Virus record (IMG/VR): IMGVR_UViG_3300027974_001530
Reading direction: 5' to 3' (one strand)
Origin: a virus
Taxonomy: Duplodnaviria; Caudoviricetes
Length of the DNA: 64,000 nucleotides
The translations under genes were made by a program, and so were the position numbers. This document shows positions 29,350 through 38,818 of the stretch, piece after piece. Position 1 is the first letter of the stretch, and each line of letters begins with the position of its first letter. The notes beneath the pieces are model-generated. The model searched no databases and was not told the DNA's origin. It saw only the letters and a program-made list of their open reading frames with translations.

Positions 29350-32300
29350 TTAATTTAATTTAACTTTACCATCAAAGGTATTTTTTTTATTATCCCAATT
29401 TGTTTGACCGTATATTTGAGTGATTTGAGTTTTCTTATCTTTAGATAAACTATCATTACTATCTAATGGTTGTGTTTCATATTTTAATCTTCTATTCACA
29501 TTATCCTCAAATTTAAAAGTTTTTAATTCTTTAAGAATATTGTCATTAGAATCTTGTGTCATTTTTTCTTTATCCCTACCGTAAGCCTCCTCAAAATTCA
29601 CCCTTAAAGCATCATATTTTTTTGTTAGATCGGCCTTTGCTCCTGATATGGCTTCTATTTCGGGGGTTGAGACAAATTCTATAAACAATAGTTCATATTT
29701 ATCTTTATTTGTAAATGTTTGTGATAATAATGTGTATAAACGTTTATCTTCGTCTTTATCTAATTCAGAAAGGGAATAGTCTGTTATTTCAAAACAATTT
29801 TCATTATCATAAAATTTTTCATTAGGTAATGGTATTATTTTTAAATCACTTTTTTCAATCGCATAATCATTTAATTTTTTGGCGACTGTTAAATAATCAT
29901 CTATCATTTTCTCAAATACTGTAATATCTCCCGTTAAATTATAAATTTTTACATTACCATCTGATAATATCTTACCATCAATTCCTGTTAATGTTTGTAC
30001 GTTTCCTAATTTTTTTGTTGTGACAACATTAAGTTTGTTAAAAGTCTTTATTAGGTTTTGTTCATTATCGGTTATAGTATTTATTGGTTGAGCTAAATCT
30101 CTTATAATTTCTTTTTCAACACTTTCTACATAGGCCTTTAATTTCCTTTTAGTGTCTCTAATTATATTTTCTTGACCAGATAAAGATAAAATTTCTTTAA
30201 AACAACTTATTAACGAATTTGTTTCATTATCTATATCTTCTTTTATTTTAGAACTTAGTTTATTTATTCTTTTTTCAAACTCATTTGGTTTTCCATAAAG
30301 TTTTGTATCAATTTTACTTGCGGTATTAATTATTGTATTCCCTGAAGAATAATTCCTTTCAAAAGTTACTAACTGTAACATACTATAATTAAATTGATCT
30401 ACAATAGTATTATATTGGTTTGTACTAACATTAATATAATCTCTAGTTTGATCTGCCAATTGTGTGTAAATTTTTGTATAATCAATATCCCCACTTTCAG
30501 TATCCCCACTTTTAATTGTTGTTAATACCGAACCTATAGTATCTCCACCATCATTAGTTTGTTCATTATTAACTGTTGCATTTGCAATAGCCTTATCAAC
30601 CAACTCCACTAAAGCGTAGTTAAGTTCAGTTTCTTCCGCCCTTTCATCATACATTTCTGTATTTGCATAAAAATTAAACGACAATGCATTTTGTAAACTT
30701 TCTATTGGTCTTGCCAATCCGTGTCCTCCAATAAATTTAAGATCCAAACTAACCTTAACAACCATTGGTTGTATACCAATACCTTCAGGGTTTATATCAA
30801 AAAATGGTGCTTCATAAGTTATAGATAAAGTTCCGGGTATTGCCTTAGTATGGTAGAAATCTCCAACTCTAATTACTAAAACAGGTGGGGCCCCAAATGT
30901 TGTATTTAACGCATCATCATATTTTGGTCTACCATCACTTCCAATAACAGGAATTGTTTGACCAGGTCTAACACATTGATTTAAAAACGTAAGTCTTGAA
31001 TTTAATCCTTCAGGTGTCATTGAGTGAAATGCCGGATTGAAGAACTTTAATTTATCTTTTAGTGTTTCAAGAACCATCGGGTCACTTTCTTTCAATAATT
31101 CAAAATAATCACATTCAGTTAATAATCTTCTTATTAATTTTTTACCTATAGCCTGTTTAAGTTTATCTTGAATGTCTGTATTTGGTTGTGGTTTAACTGC
31201 TTGTGAATTAACTTGGTCAGGAGAACTTTGGTTTACATTGTTTTGGTTTGTGGGGTCAGTCGAAGTAACATCATCAACTATAGTTATTTTACTAACTATT
31301 GCCGCATTTACCGCCAAATTAGGATAACTATAAAGTATTTCTTTTTGAGTTAGGTTTATTGTAGAACTTAATGGGGCAACTATAGTTTGGTTTGTATTAA
31401 AGTCTTGTCCATTTTGTGGTTGATTAGAGTCAAAATAATTTTTTATAGTTATTTTTGATAGACCTCCGCTTGCCGATATTGTTAATTTTTTATTATCTAT
31501 TTCTGATTTAAGTTTTTCAGAAAGGAAAGTTTTTGCGGATTCCGCAAATTCAATTGTTTTACCTTCAATTTTTATGTCAACAATATTTTTATTTGAGACA
31601 ATACTTCTAATTCCGGAAATAAAGTCATTATTAATTGAATCGTAATTTGTTTGTACTATAGTTTTAATAAACGATTCAGTGTTAGATTTAAGGTATGTTG
31701 CGTTTGTGTTTCCTTGGATTAAACATTCAACTGGCGATAATGCGGTAATTGTATTAACATCTGAAATGTATTTTGTTACTTGTTGTTCAAAGTTAAAATT
31801 TGTAGTTTCCGGACCAAAATAAAACCCTAAACCTTCATAGTTTAAACTAAAGTTTTTTTCTTCTTCAGGAGTATTTCCTATTGTATTTGCGTTTTCGGGT
31901 GATGTATTTTCTGCCGGTATTTCATTTTGTATTTGATCTAATTCTTCAGGTGTTAGTCTTGGGTCGTTCAATAAGTTCTGATACATCTCAAGTTCCCTTA
32001 GTGGTAATGTGTTAAATTTGGCGGCCAACTCATATAGATCATATTTTGTACAACCCGCAATAAATGATTTAACAACATTATCAAACTTTTCTTTACCCAA
32101 TTTTTCTAATTGTTTATTCACCAATAAATTCATTATAGATGGGTGATCAACAACTATTTTAAACCCTAATTTTCCTGTTCTTGTTGTGTTCTTATACGTA
32201 TATATTGGTTCAGGTCTACCTAAGAAAGGTATCTCGTCAAAGTTTGCCGTACTACCATCACTAAACTCAACATCATATGGTGGAAACCACATAATACGAC

Positions 32301-34194
32301 CTCCGTTAGGTCCTCTTTCACATAATGGTAATTCATCAACAGTAAACCCCGGTCTATCGGATGTTCTCCAAGCCAAGTTCTCAATTGAGATCATATACTT
32401 TTTGGCCCCCTTAGATGTTACATTTGTTGATCCAATTCCTTTTATCGGTGCAATATTTAAATTATATGTTTTGTCAAGAACTGAATATGAAAATCTTCTA
32501 TTTTCAGTTGTTATACCTTCTGACTTTTGAAGATCATTAAATGTATAATATGGTGTATCTTTAGTAAAAATTCTACAGTATTCTATTCCCGCTTCTTCCC
32601 CTGTTGAATTATCAACATATGACATTACTTTAGAACCTTTAGTTATTTCTTTATACCCATCATGGAATACTTTACTAACTTGATTAATCGCATTACCTGC
32701 ATGTTTTAATCTTCTTTTACCAAGTAGATTATCTGCAGAATTAACTAATCTTTGTGTGTTATCTAATATTGAACCTTGTTTTAATCCAAAGTTTGTTGAT
32801 TCGTTAAATAAGTAAGAAGAGCTTATTTGATTAAAGTCCCCATCTTGGGACACTAAGTCCCCCCCTTTTTTAACTTTATATCCTGCGGCCTCTTTAAATC
32901 TTGGTGATGTCCAAACAAACCCACCATCAGGTTTTCCTCCGTTTTCAGATGCGATACTGTTAAGTCCAAATTTGGCCTCTTCCATTCCGTTACCTTCAAA
33001 TTGGTTACCCATTTCATCAGGACCAAAGACAATCGCATTTGTTAATTTACCATATGAATTAACGGGCACTGCATTTACAGGTGATGTTATATATTCAGGA
33101 TTATTAATGTCAGAACCTATATAATAACCTCCACTAACTGTGGCTCCAACCGCTCTTAATATTGAGTTTACGCCTGCAATTGCTACGTTTCCTAAACCTC
33201 CTATTTCATAAGATGGTCTATATAAATTTTTATTTAATAATGAATATAGTGTAGATATTTGTCCCGCTCCTGTTTGTTCTAATAATCTTTTAGATGGTTG
33301 TAAAAATCTACTTGACCCATCCGATAATAAATTAAATGATCCAGCGGCGGTATTTTGTAAAACGTTTGCAATTTGATTTCCTGTTGATGGATTTCTATTT
33401 GAGTCTTCGTCAATAAATAATGGACCAACTAATGGTGATCCAGGACTAAAGTCTCCTCTTAATCTATCTAAAAATGTTATTGTACTTGATGGTATTGTAA
33501 TTCTATAATCTCTACTTCCACCAAGACCACTTCCTGCTAAAGCGGAAGGTGATGTTAAATTTGTATTTGTTTCTCTAAATAATTGTCTTTGTTCTTCGGC
33601 CGCAACGTTAGCATTAAAATTTGTCTCTAATTTTGTTGCCGATAATCTCATCAAATATGAATCACTTGATAATGAACCGTCACTACCTATAGGATTACTT
33701 TGAGTATATAATAAATAAGGATCGTATTTTGATGGTGTAAAAAATATTGGGTCAAAGTACGGTTGATGAACCTGATTTGCTAATAGAAATTCAGTAACAT
33801 CAAACATCTCATTAAATCCTCCAATAGGTCCGTACTTGTTTTTACTATAGGCCGAGTCAATGAAAAATTCATTTATAATATCTAAATTTGTTTCAGATGG
33901 GTTATACTCCCCCGCATTTGTTGCGGGTATTATTGGGTCCTGTTGTAATCCAATAGTATTAACAAATCCACCATTTGGTCCGTATTTGTTTAACGTATAA
34001 AATTCATCAGCAACATTTGTTGATCCTATGTTCGGTAAATTTACATTCGAATAGTCAGATAATGTTTCCTCAAAGTTTTGTGGTCCTAACGGGGCACTAA
34101 ACGCACCACTAACATTATAGGGCGGTAAGGTTCTTGAAACTAATGAATTTCTAAAATCCGAACTATTATTAAAACTTAAACTACTTTCTGGCAT
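29350..34194 (-). CDS. Large tube-initiator-like baseplate protein (1614 aa)
   Basis: WFPPYDVEFSD...FLGRPEPIYTYKNTTR and FGAPPVLVIRVGDFYHTK...PMVVKVSLDLKFIG resemble tube-fold initiator segments; directly downstream of the tape measure. Confidence 0.6.
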   Translation of the reverse strand: MPESSLSFNNSSDFRNSLVSRTLPPYNVSGAFSAPLGPQNFEETLSDYSNVNLPNIGSTNVADEFYTLNKYGPNGGFVNTIGLQQDPIIPATNAGEYNPSETNLDIINEFFIDSAYSKNKYGPIGGFNEMFDVTEFLLANQVHQPYFDPIFFTPSKYDPYLLYTQSNPIGSDGSLSSDSYLMRLSATKLETNFNANVAAEEQRQLFRETNTNLTSPSALAGSGLGGSRDYRITIPSSTITFLDRLRGDFSPGSPLVGPLFIDEDSNRNPSTGNQIANVLQNTAAGSFNLLSDGSSRFLQPSKRLLEQTGAGQISTLYSLLNKNLYRPSYEIGGLGNVAIAGVNSILRAVGATVSGGYYIGSDINNPEYITSPVNAVPVNSYGKLTNAIVFGPDEMGNQFEGNGMEEAKFGLNSIASENGGKPDGGFVWTSPRFKEAAGYKVKKGGDLVSQDGDFNQISSSYLFNESTNFGLKQGSILDNTQRLVNSADNLLGKRRLKHAGNAINQVSKVFHDGYKEITKGSKVMSYVDNSTGEEAGIEYCRIFTKDTPYYTFNDLQKSEGITTENRRFSYSVLDKTYNLNIAPIKGIGSTNVTSKGAKKYMISIENLAWRTSDRPGFTVDELPLCERGPNGGRIMWFPPYDVEFSDGSTANFDEIPFLGRPEPIYTYKNTTRTGKLGFKIVVDHPSIMNLLVNKQLEKLGKEKFDNVVKSFIAGCTKYDLYELAAKFNTLPLRELEMYQNLLNDPRLTPEELDQIQNEIPAENTSPENANTIGNTPEEEKNFSLNYEGLGFYFGPETTNFNFEQQVTKYISDVNTITALSPVECLIQGNTNATYLKSNTESFIKTIVQTNYDSINNDFISGIRSIVSNKNIVDIKIEGKTIEFAESAKTFLSEKLKSEIDNKKLTISASGGLSKITIKNYFDSNQPQNGQDFNTNQTIVAPLSSTINLTQKEILYSYPNLAVNAAIVSKITIVDDVTSTDPTNQNNVNQSSPDQVNSQAVKPQPNTDIQDKLKQAIGKKLIRRLLTECDYFELLKESDPMVLETLKDKLKFFNPAFHSMTPEGLNSRLTFLNQCVRPGQTIPVIGSDGRPKYDDALNTTFGAPPVLVIRVGDFYHTKAIPGTLSITYEAPFFDINPEGIGIQPMVVKVSLDLKFIGGHGLARPIESLQNALSFNFYANTEMYDERAEETELNYALVELVDKAIANATVNNEQTNDGGDTIGSVLTTIKSGDTESGDIDYTKIYTQLADQTRDYINVSTNQYNTIVDQFNYSMLQLVTFERNYSSGNTIINTASKIDTKLYGKPNEFEKRINKLSSKIKEDIDNETNSLISCFKEILSLSGQENIIRDTKRKLKAYVESVEKEIIRDLAQPINTITDNEQNLIKTFNKLNVVTTKKLGNVQTLTGIDGKILSDGNVKIYNLTGDITVFEKMIDDYLTVAKKLNDYAIEKSDLKIIPLPNEKFYDNENCFEITDYSLSELDKDEDKRLYTLLSQTFTNKDKYELLFIEFVSTPEIEAISGAKADLTKKYDALRVNFEEAYGRDKEKMTQDSNDNILKELKTFKFEDNVNRRLKYETQPLDSNDSLSKDKKTQITQIYGQTNWDNKKNTFDGKVKLN

Positions 34195-34235
34195 TATCCA
34201 ATTTTATTTAATAAATAGAATTTAAGAATGTTTTT

Positions 34236-36245
34236 TTAATAAAAACTTGTTCCTTCGATTGATTTTGTTGCCGCCCTTACTTTATCTAAAAATTCGGGTT
34301 TAAGTATCATTGTCTCAAGAACGCCTTTTAATTCGTTTTGATTCATATTTGTTGGCACATTTTTTAAATCAATTGTCATATCCAATTTATGGTTAATATC
34401 GTTTGTCGACTTTATTTCTTTTGCCGTTGTTTCAACTTCTCTTTTGTCTATACCCATAGTCATCATAATATCCGTTAAAGATTTTTCTCTTTGTTTTTCT
34501 ATTGAGGACATTCCCATAGTCTCATTTGTTAAAATGGGTTTTGTTTCTATTGTTGCCGGAGTAACGGATCCTTGCGGATTTTTAATAAGGTCCATCATCA
34601 TCTTAACCTCATCTTCACTTTTTGGTCCATCTGTAGTTGATATAATAGTATCTTTATCATTTATTCTACCTATTGATCCTTCAGGTCCCATAATTAATCT
34701 ATCATTACCAGGTAAACTAATAAAGTCATCTAAATTAAATGTATTGGTTAAAAACGTAGTAACACTACCTATAGCATTTGTAAAACCATCCAAAGCGGTT
34801 GTCATTCCGGCCAACATAATACCTATACTTGATTCTACTGTATTTGCAATACCCTCTAATTTAGGCGTTATTTTAGTAACCGCATCTCCAATCAATTCAA
34901 TTTTTTTATCAATAATTTGTCCGGCTTCATCACTTAATTTATCAAGTTGGGTTAAGGATACGTTAGCCAACTTATCAGTGCTTTCCGCAATTTGGGCTAT
35001 CATTTTTTCTCCTGTTTTAGATCCGGCGATTTGAGATGGAATTACAGTTTCTAAAGCTTTTAATGTTTGATTAAATTTAGTGTTCACATCCATTTGGGAT
35101 TCCACAAGTTTTATTAAAGTTTTATCCTCACCAGGTTTTGCCTCAAATGTTTCTTTTATTTGTTTATTTTGGGACGATAAGAAATCTTGTAATTTTGTTT
35201 TTTCATAGGCATTCATGTCTTGAAGTGCCTTCGTAACTTGTTGTCCATCTTGTTCATACGTAACTTCAAATTTACCATCTTTACCTTTGGTAAGTAAGTT
35301 GGTAAGTTTCTCCATCTCTTTAGGGTCGGCAATTTGGAGTCCTGTTGTATTAATTAAATCTTGTTTATCTTGTAGTTGTGACATTGAGATACCCATTTTC
35401 GCTAACTCGTCAGCACTATAACCTGCCGCAGTTTCTATTTCTTTTAAAAAGTCCATACCGATTGCAGACATTTTACCTGTTTCGTCAACAAATTTTGATG
35501 ACATTTTTGCAATCTCTTCTTGTAGTTTTGCGGGTTCATTTCTTGCCAAGAACCTAACCCTTTCAACATTCATCAGTTCAGAAGAACCTGTTGCCCCCAA
35601 TCTTGATAGTGTGTTTACAAATTCTTGAGCCTTTTCAGGTTTATAAAGTAGTTCAGCCGAACTAACCGCCTTACCCATATCAACTCTTAAAACCGCAGAT
35701 TTGGCTGCCATGTCGGCAAGTCCCATAACCCCGTCTTTAAAATTAAATTTAGATAATGCGGACATGTTTGTACTAACCGCATTGGCAACTGCCTTAGCAT
35801 TAACACCAATAAGATTAGCACTCTCCATTATGTTTGCCATCTCAGAGTTCGCCTCATAAATTGATTTACCTAAATTTGCATAATTTTCAAATAAGACTTT
35901 TGATTCAATTCCTGTTGCCTGTGTTGTTGCAAATAATTCATCTGTTGCGTTTTTATTTAAAACTATTTGAGTTCCAAATGTTTCAAATAACGCCGATTGT
36001 TGTTTTACTATTGAGTCTACACTACCTCCTAATCTTGTAATTTCGGTAAGACCTTCTGTAAGAGTTTGTTTTAAAAGAAATGCCTGTTCCCTACCGGCCC
36101 CAATTGAGCTGGCCATTTTTGAAAACTCTTTATCGATGTTTTCAACCATCTCTTGGATTCCGGTTAAATTTTTCTTTAGAGCATCTGCAAAATCTTTTCC
36201 TGTCCCAGAATCAAAAGTAGTACCCGAAGCAAAAAACATCATCAT
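34236..36245 (-). CDS. Tail tape measure protein (669 aa)
   Basis: Helical, Ala/Lys/Leu-rich; position tube - chaperone - TMP - initiator. Confidence 0.75.
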   Translation of the reverse strand: MMMFFASGTTFDSGTGKDFADALKKNLTGIQEMVENIDKEFSKMASSIGAGREQAFLLKQTLTEGLTEITRLGGSVDSIVKQQSALFETFGTQIVLNKNATDELFATTQATGIESKVLFENYANLGKSIYEANSEMANIMESANLIGVNAKAVANAVSTNMSALSKFNFKDGVMGLADMAAKSAVLRVDMGKAVSSAELLYKPEKAQEFVNTLSRLGATGSSELMNVERVRFLARNEPAKLQEEIAKMSSKFVDETGKMSAIGMDFLKEIETAAGYSADELAKMGISMSQLQDKQDLINTTGLQIADPKEMEKLTNLLTKGKDGKFEVTYEQDGQQVTKALQDMNAYEKTKLQDFLSSQNKQIKETFEAKPGEDKTLIKLVESQMDVNTKFNQTLKALETVIPSQIAGSKTGEKMIAQIAESTDKLANVSLTQLDKLSDEAGQIIDKKIELIGDAVTKITPKLEGIANTVESSIGIMLAGMTTALDGFTNAIGSVTTFLTNTFNLDDFISLPGNDRLIMGPEGSIGRINDKDTIISTTDGPKSEDEVKMMMDLIKNPQGSVTPATIETKPILTNETMGMSSIEKQREKSLTDIMMTMGIDKREVETTAKEIKSTNDINHKLDMTIDLKNVPTNMNQNELKGVLETMILKPEFLDKVRAATKSIEGTSFY

Positions 36246-36272
36246 ATTCTTTTTATTTTATAAATACCTATT

Positions 36273-36431
36273 TTATTGTTTTGGGTTATTCATTTCAATA
36301 ACCTTATCTATCATATAATTTCTTTGATATGTTGGTACTTTAAGAAAATCAGAATATGACATTCTAAGAAATTTCGCTAAAAATATATATTGATCTAATA
36401 GATATTGTTTATATGTCAAAGAAAGGCCGAA
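36273..36431 (-). CDS. Second frame of the tail assembly chaperone (gpT / T4 gp51-like), probably translated by frameshift
   Basis: Not in the ORF track. Open +1 frame FGLSLTYKQYLLDQYIFLAKFLRMSYSDFLKVPTYQRNYMIDKVIEMNNPKQ*, overlapping the chaperone 3' end at TTT TTT CGG; fills the gap before the tape measure. Confidence 0.7.
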   Translation of the reverse strand, partial: FGLSLTYKQYLLDQYIFLAKFLRMSYSDFLKVPTYQRNYMIDKVIEMNNPKQ

Positions 36432-37164
36432 AAAAGTCAACCCCAAACGTTATCGAGGTCGATACGTTTTCTCCAGACGGGGCTATTACTTCTAAGGTTA
36501 AATCTAACCCTGGCTCATTTTGTGAAATGAATCTTTTTATATATTTTGAATCCATAATTGGCATGTTCTGAACAAACTCAATTATTTTACCTCTATCTGA
36601 TTCACCATTTAATTCAACAATTTGTTCTTGTAGTGTCCATATTGTTAATGGAGCAACTCTACCTTTAGGATATTTGGTTTCCATATCAGTAATTTTAGTC
36701 TTATCTCCCAAAGTTAAAAGTCTTAATTTAACTGTCGCTCCAGTTCTTGGTAAAGTCGTTGTAAAAGTACCGTCTTCGTTTGGTGTTGTGTTTGGTTTTT
36801 TAAAATTAATCTCATCAATAATAAAAGTGTGTTGGAACATCTTTCCTGTTGCGGGATCCATTAAATTTATTGTGTACTCAGGACCGAATGACGTATTTCT
36901 TAAGAAGATTAAAATTGCTTCAATGTCTCCATCCAAAAGATCTTCAGGTTTTATTTCAGGTTCATATAATTTATTTCTTAACAAAGTTATTAATAAATTA
37001 TTATTTTTTACTCCCGAACTTAAAACGTCCTCATCTGTTGCGTTTAAGTAACCAATTTTTACCCCAGATTTTTTATTTTTATAATATAAACCTCTAGACG
37101 GTAACTCAACAACATCGTGAGGTAAATTAAAATTAGTCTGTCCATATAAAATTTCATTTTCCAT
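36409..37164 (-). CDS. Tail assembly chaperone / hub assembly protein (T4 gp26-like)
   Basis: VVELPSRGLYY, LLDGDIEAILIFLRNTSFGPEY, TTTLPRTG, ends FGVDFF; located between tube and tape measure. Confidence 0.75.
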   Translation of the reverse strand: MENEILYGQTNFNLPHDVVELPSRGLYYKNKKSGVKIGYLNATDEDVLSSGVKNNNLLITLLRNKLYEPEIKPEDLLDGDIEAILIFLRNTSFGPEYTINLMDPATGKMFQHTFIIDEINFKKPNTTPNEDGTFTTTLPRTGATVKLRLLTLGDKTKITDMETKYPKGRVAPLTIWTLQEQIVELNGESDRGKIIEFVQNMPIMDSKYIKRFISQNEPGLDLTLEVIAPSGENVSTSITFGVDFFRPFFDI

Positions 37165-37208
37165 ATACTTTTTTATTATAAAAATAATTACATTTGTTTT
37201 ATAGTAAA

Positions 37209-37241
37209 TAAAAATCCATACCGTTCAAGACAATATGGATT
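37209..37241 (-). terminator. Intrinsic terminator after the tail tube gene
   Basis: Stem AATCCATATTG/CGGTATGGATT (two G-U pairs) followed by UUUUAUUU on the minus strand. Confidence 0.65.
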
Positions 37242-37267
37242 AAATATTTTATATGTAAAAAGATTTT

Positions 37268-37756
37268 TTAGTAAACAAGAATTGCTCTATCCATCTTTAA
37301 GGTCATTGAAACTTCAACAGGACCGTCAGTACCATAACCAACTGAACCAAAATCGGCACTTGTTGGGAAAGCGTTAACTAGAATCCATCTTTCAATTACA
37401 ACCCCTGTAGGATCTAACATTTCTAAATCTACATTTCTTTTATATCCTGCAGCGTATCCCATACGACCAGTTACTGATTCCGCAACCAATCTTACCCATT
37501 CCATAACCGCTTGGGTTGATGAAGGTCCAATTGGGTCCAACATCTTAACAGTAATATCACCCCAACTAAATGAACCTGCAACATATGTTTCAGTGTTAAG
37601 GAATTTTATTGTATTTGGTGTTATGGTAATTTTTGGTCTTGATGCAGTTTGAACGAACCATTCATTGATACCCAAATCAGTAGGGAACCTCAATATAAAT
37701 CGGTTCTGTTTTTTTGGTTCATACGGTATCGGCATTTTCATTAAAAGATCAGCCAT
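37268..37756 (-). CDS. Tail tube protein (T4 gp19-like)
   Basis: YEPKKQNRFILRF, ASRPKI, YVAGSFSWGDITV, MEWVRL, W-x-L-x-x-AFP; 162 aa; downstream of sheath. Confidence 0.9.
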   Translation of the reverse strand: MADLLMKMPIPYEPKKQNRFILRFPTDLGINEWFVQTASRPKITITPNTIKFLNTETYVAGSFSWGDITVKMLDPIGPSSTQAVMEWVRLVAESVTGRMGYAAGYKRNVDLEMLDPTGVVIERWILVNAFPTSADFGSVGYGTDGPVEVSMTLKMDRAILVY

Positions 37757-37842
37757 GTTTTCAATTTTTTAATTTAAGTTTATTTTTATTTTTATTATAA
37801 ATATACGGTAGAAAAAATTTTTCTATTTACTTCAAGTTTTTT

Positions 37843-38745
37843 TTAAAATATTCTTCTACTAGACCGGTGCTCATATAATCTTTTTTCACCTCCTTTAGTT
37901 AAATATATATTTAAATCTTTATTACCTATATCTGAAAATCTTTTCTTTACTGATTGTACATTTCTTTCATCATCATCTGAAAAACCAAATGAAGGTTTAT
38001 TGAATTTAAATAGACCTCCTCCAATAGACTCTTTACCTGTGTTAACGTGATTTACAAATTGAGCCTTTTGGAATTTTTTGGACGACCTCATCATTTTATT
38101 GTAGTATTTTAATAATTCATTAAATTTGGCCTCTTCTGGGTTTGACGCAGATCCACTACCGTAAGACACGGGAGAGAATTGACATCTGTCCAAGTAATCA
38201 GTTATTAACCAACTTTCATTTTCAATTTGTTTTAATCCCGAAAGTCTCCTGTATTCCTTTAAATGTCTAACCAACTCACTTTTTTCAATACCGTACATAT
38301 TATTTTCTATAATATATTTAACGGCCTTTTTAAGTGTTGCCGGTGAATGTCCTCTAGCGGTTACAATTGCAATCACAGAACCATTGTTAATAGCCTCTTT
38401 AAAGTCATTCCATACTTCCTTAGACGCTATTGGTGCTTGTTTGATATCTTCTAAAAACTTTCTATCTCCCGTAACACTAAAGTCTCTAAATGGGTCTGTA
38501 TCATAACCAACTATAGTTTGTCCTTCATACTCAAAAGGATTTCCTATTAAAGTTCGATACTCAGCAAAATCCTCCGTATTCATTCCTATAACATTACCGT
38601 CCTCATCTTTAAAATAAATTTTAGTTGGCATTTTCATGAGGTTATCATCCCAATCAAAAGCGTAATATTTAGAAGCATAATTTGTTGATTTTTGATCAAC
38701 CACTTCTTTTAATATTTTTTTTGCTAAAAATTTGTAATAATTCAT
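37843..38745 (-). CDS. HAD-superfamily phosphatase-like protein (start revised to ATG 38745)
   Basis: Motif I FDWDD, motif II IVTARGH, motif IV GFSDDD. The TATTTATA motif at 38750-38757 lies downstream of the track start 38763, which favours MNYYKF... as the start. Confidence 0.65.
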   Translation of the reverse strand: MNYYKFLAKKILKEVVDQKSTNYASKYYAFDWDDNLMKMPTKIYFKDEDGNVIGMNTEDFAEYRTLIGNPFEYEGQTIVGYDTDPFRDFSVTGDRKFLEDIKQAPIASKEVWNDFKEAINNGSVIAIVTARGHSPATLKKAVKYIIENNMYGIEKSELVRHLKEYRRLSGLKQIENESWLITDYLDRCQFSPVSYGSGSASNPEEAKFNELLKYYNKMMRSSKKFQKAQFVNHVNTGKESIGGGLFKFNKPSFGFSDDDERNVQSVKKRFSDIGNKDLNIYLTKGGEKRLYEHRSSRRIF

Positions 38746-38769
38746 ATCATATAAATATGTCATATGTAT

Positions 38770-38798
38770 AAAAAAAAAGAGGGAATTACCCCTCTTTT
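38770..38798 (-). terminator. Intrinsic terminator after the sheath gene
   Basis: Stem AAAAGAGGG/CCCTCTTTT with a long U-run on the minus strand. Confidence 0.7.
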
Positions 38799-38818
38799 AA
38801 ATTTAGATTTTTTATTTA

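Noticed and set aside
34444-35034. 196-aa plus-strand ORF and other antisense ORFs in the track (e.g. 21825-22310, 27156-27530, 32186-32530, 52608-52955)
   Set aside because: They lie wholly antisense to well-supported genes, show mirror-frame composition and have no motifs; these are shadow ORFs.
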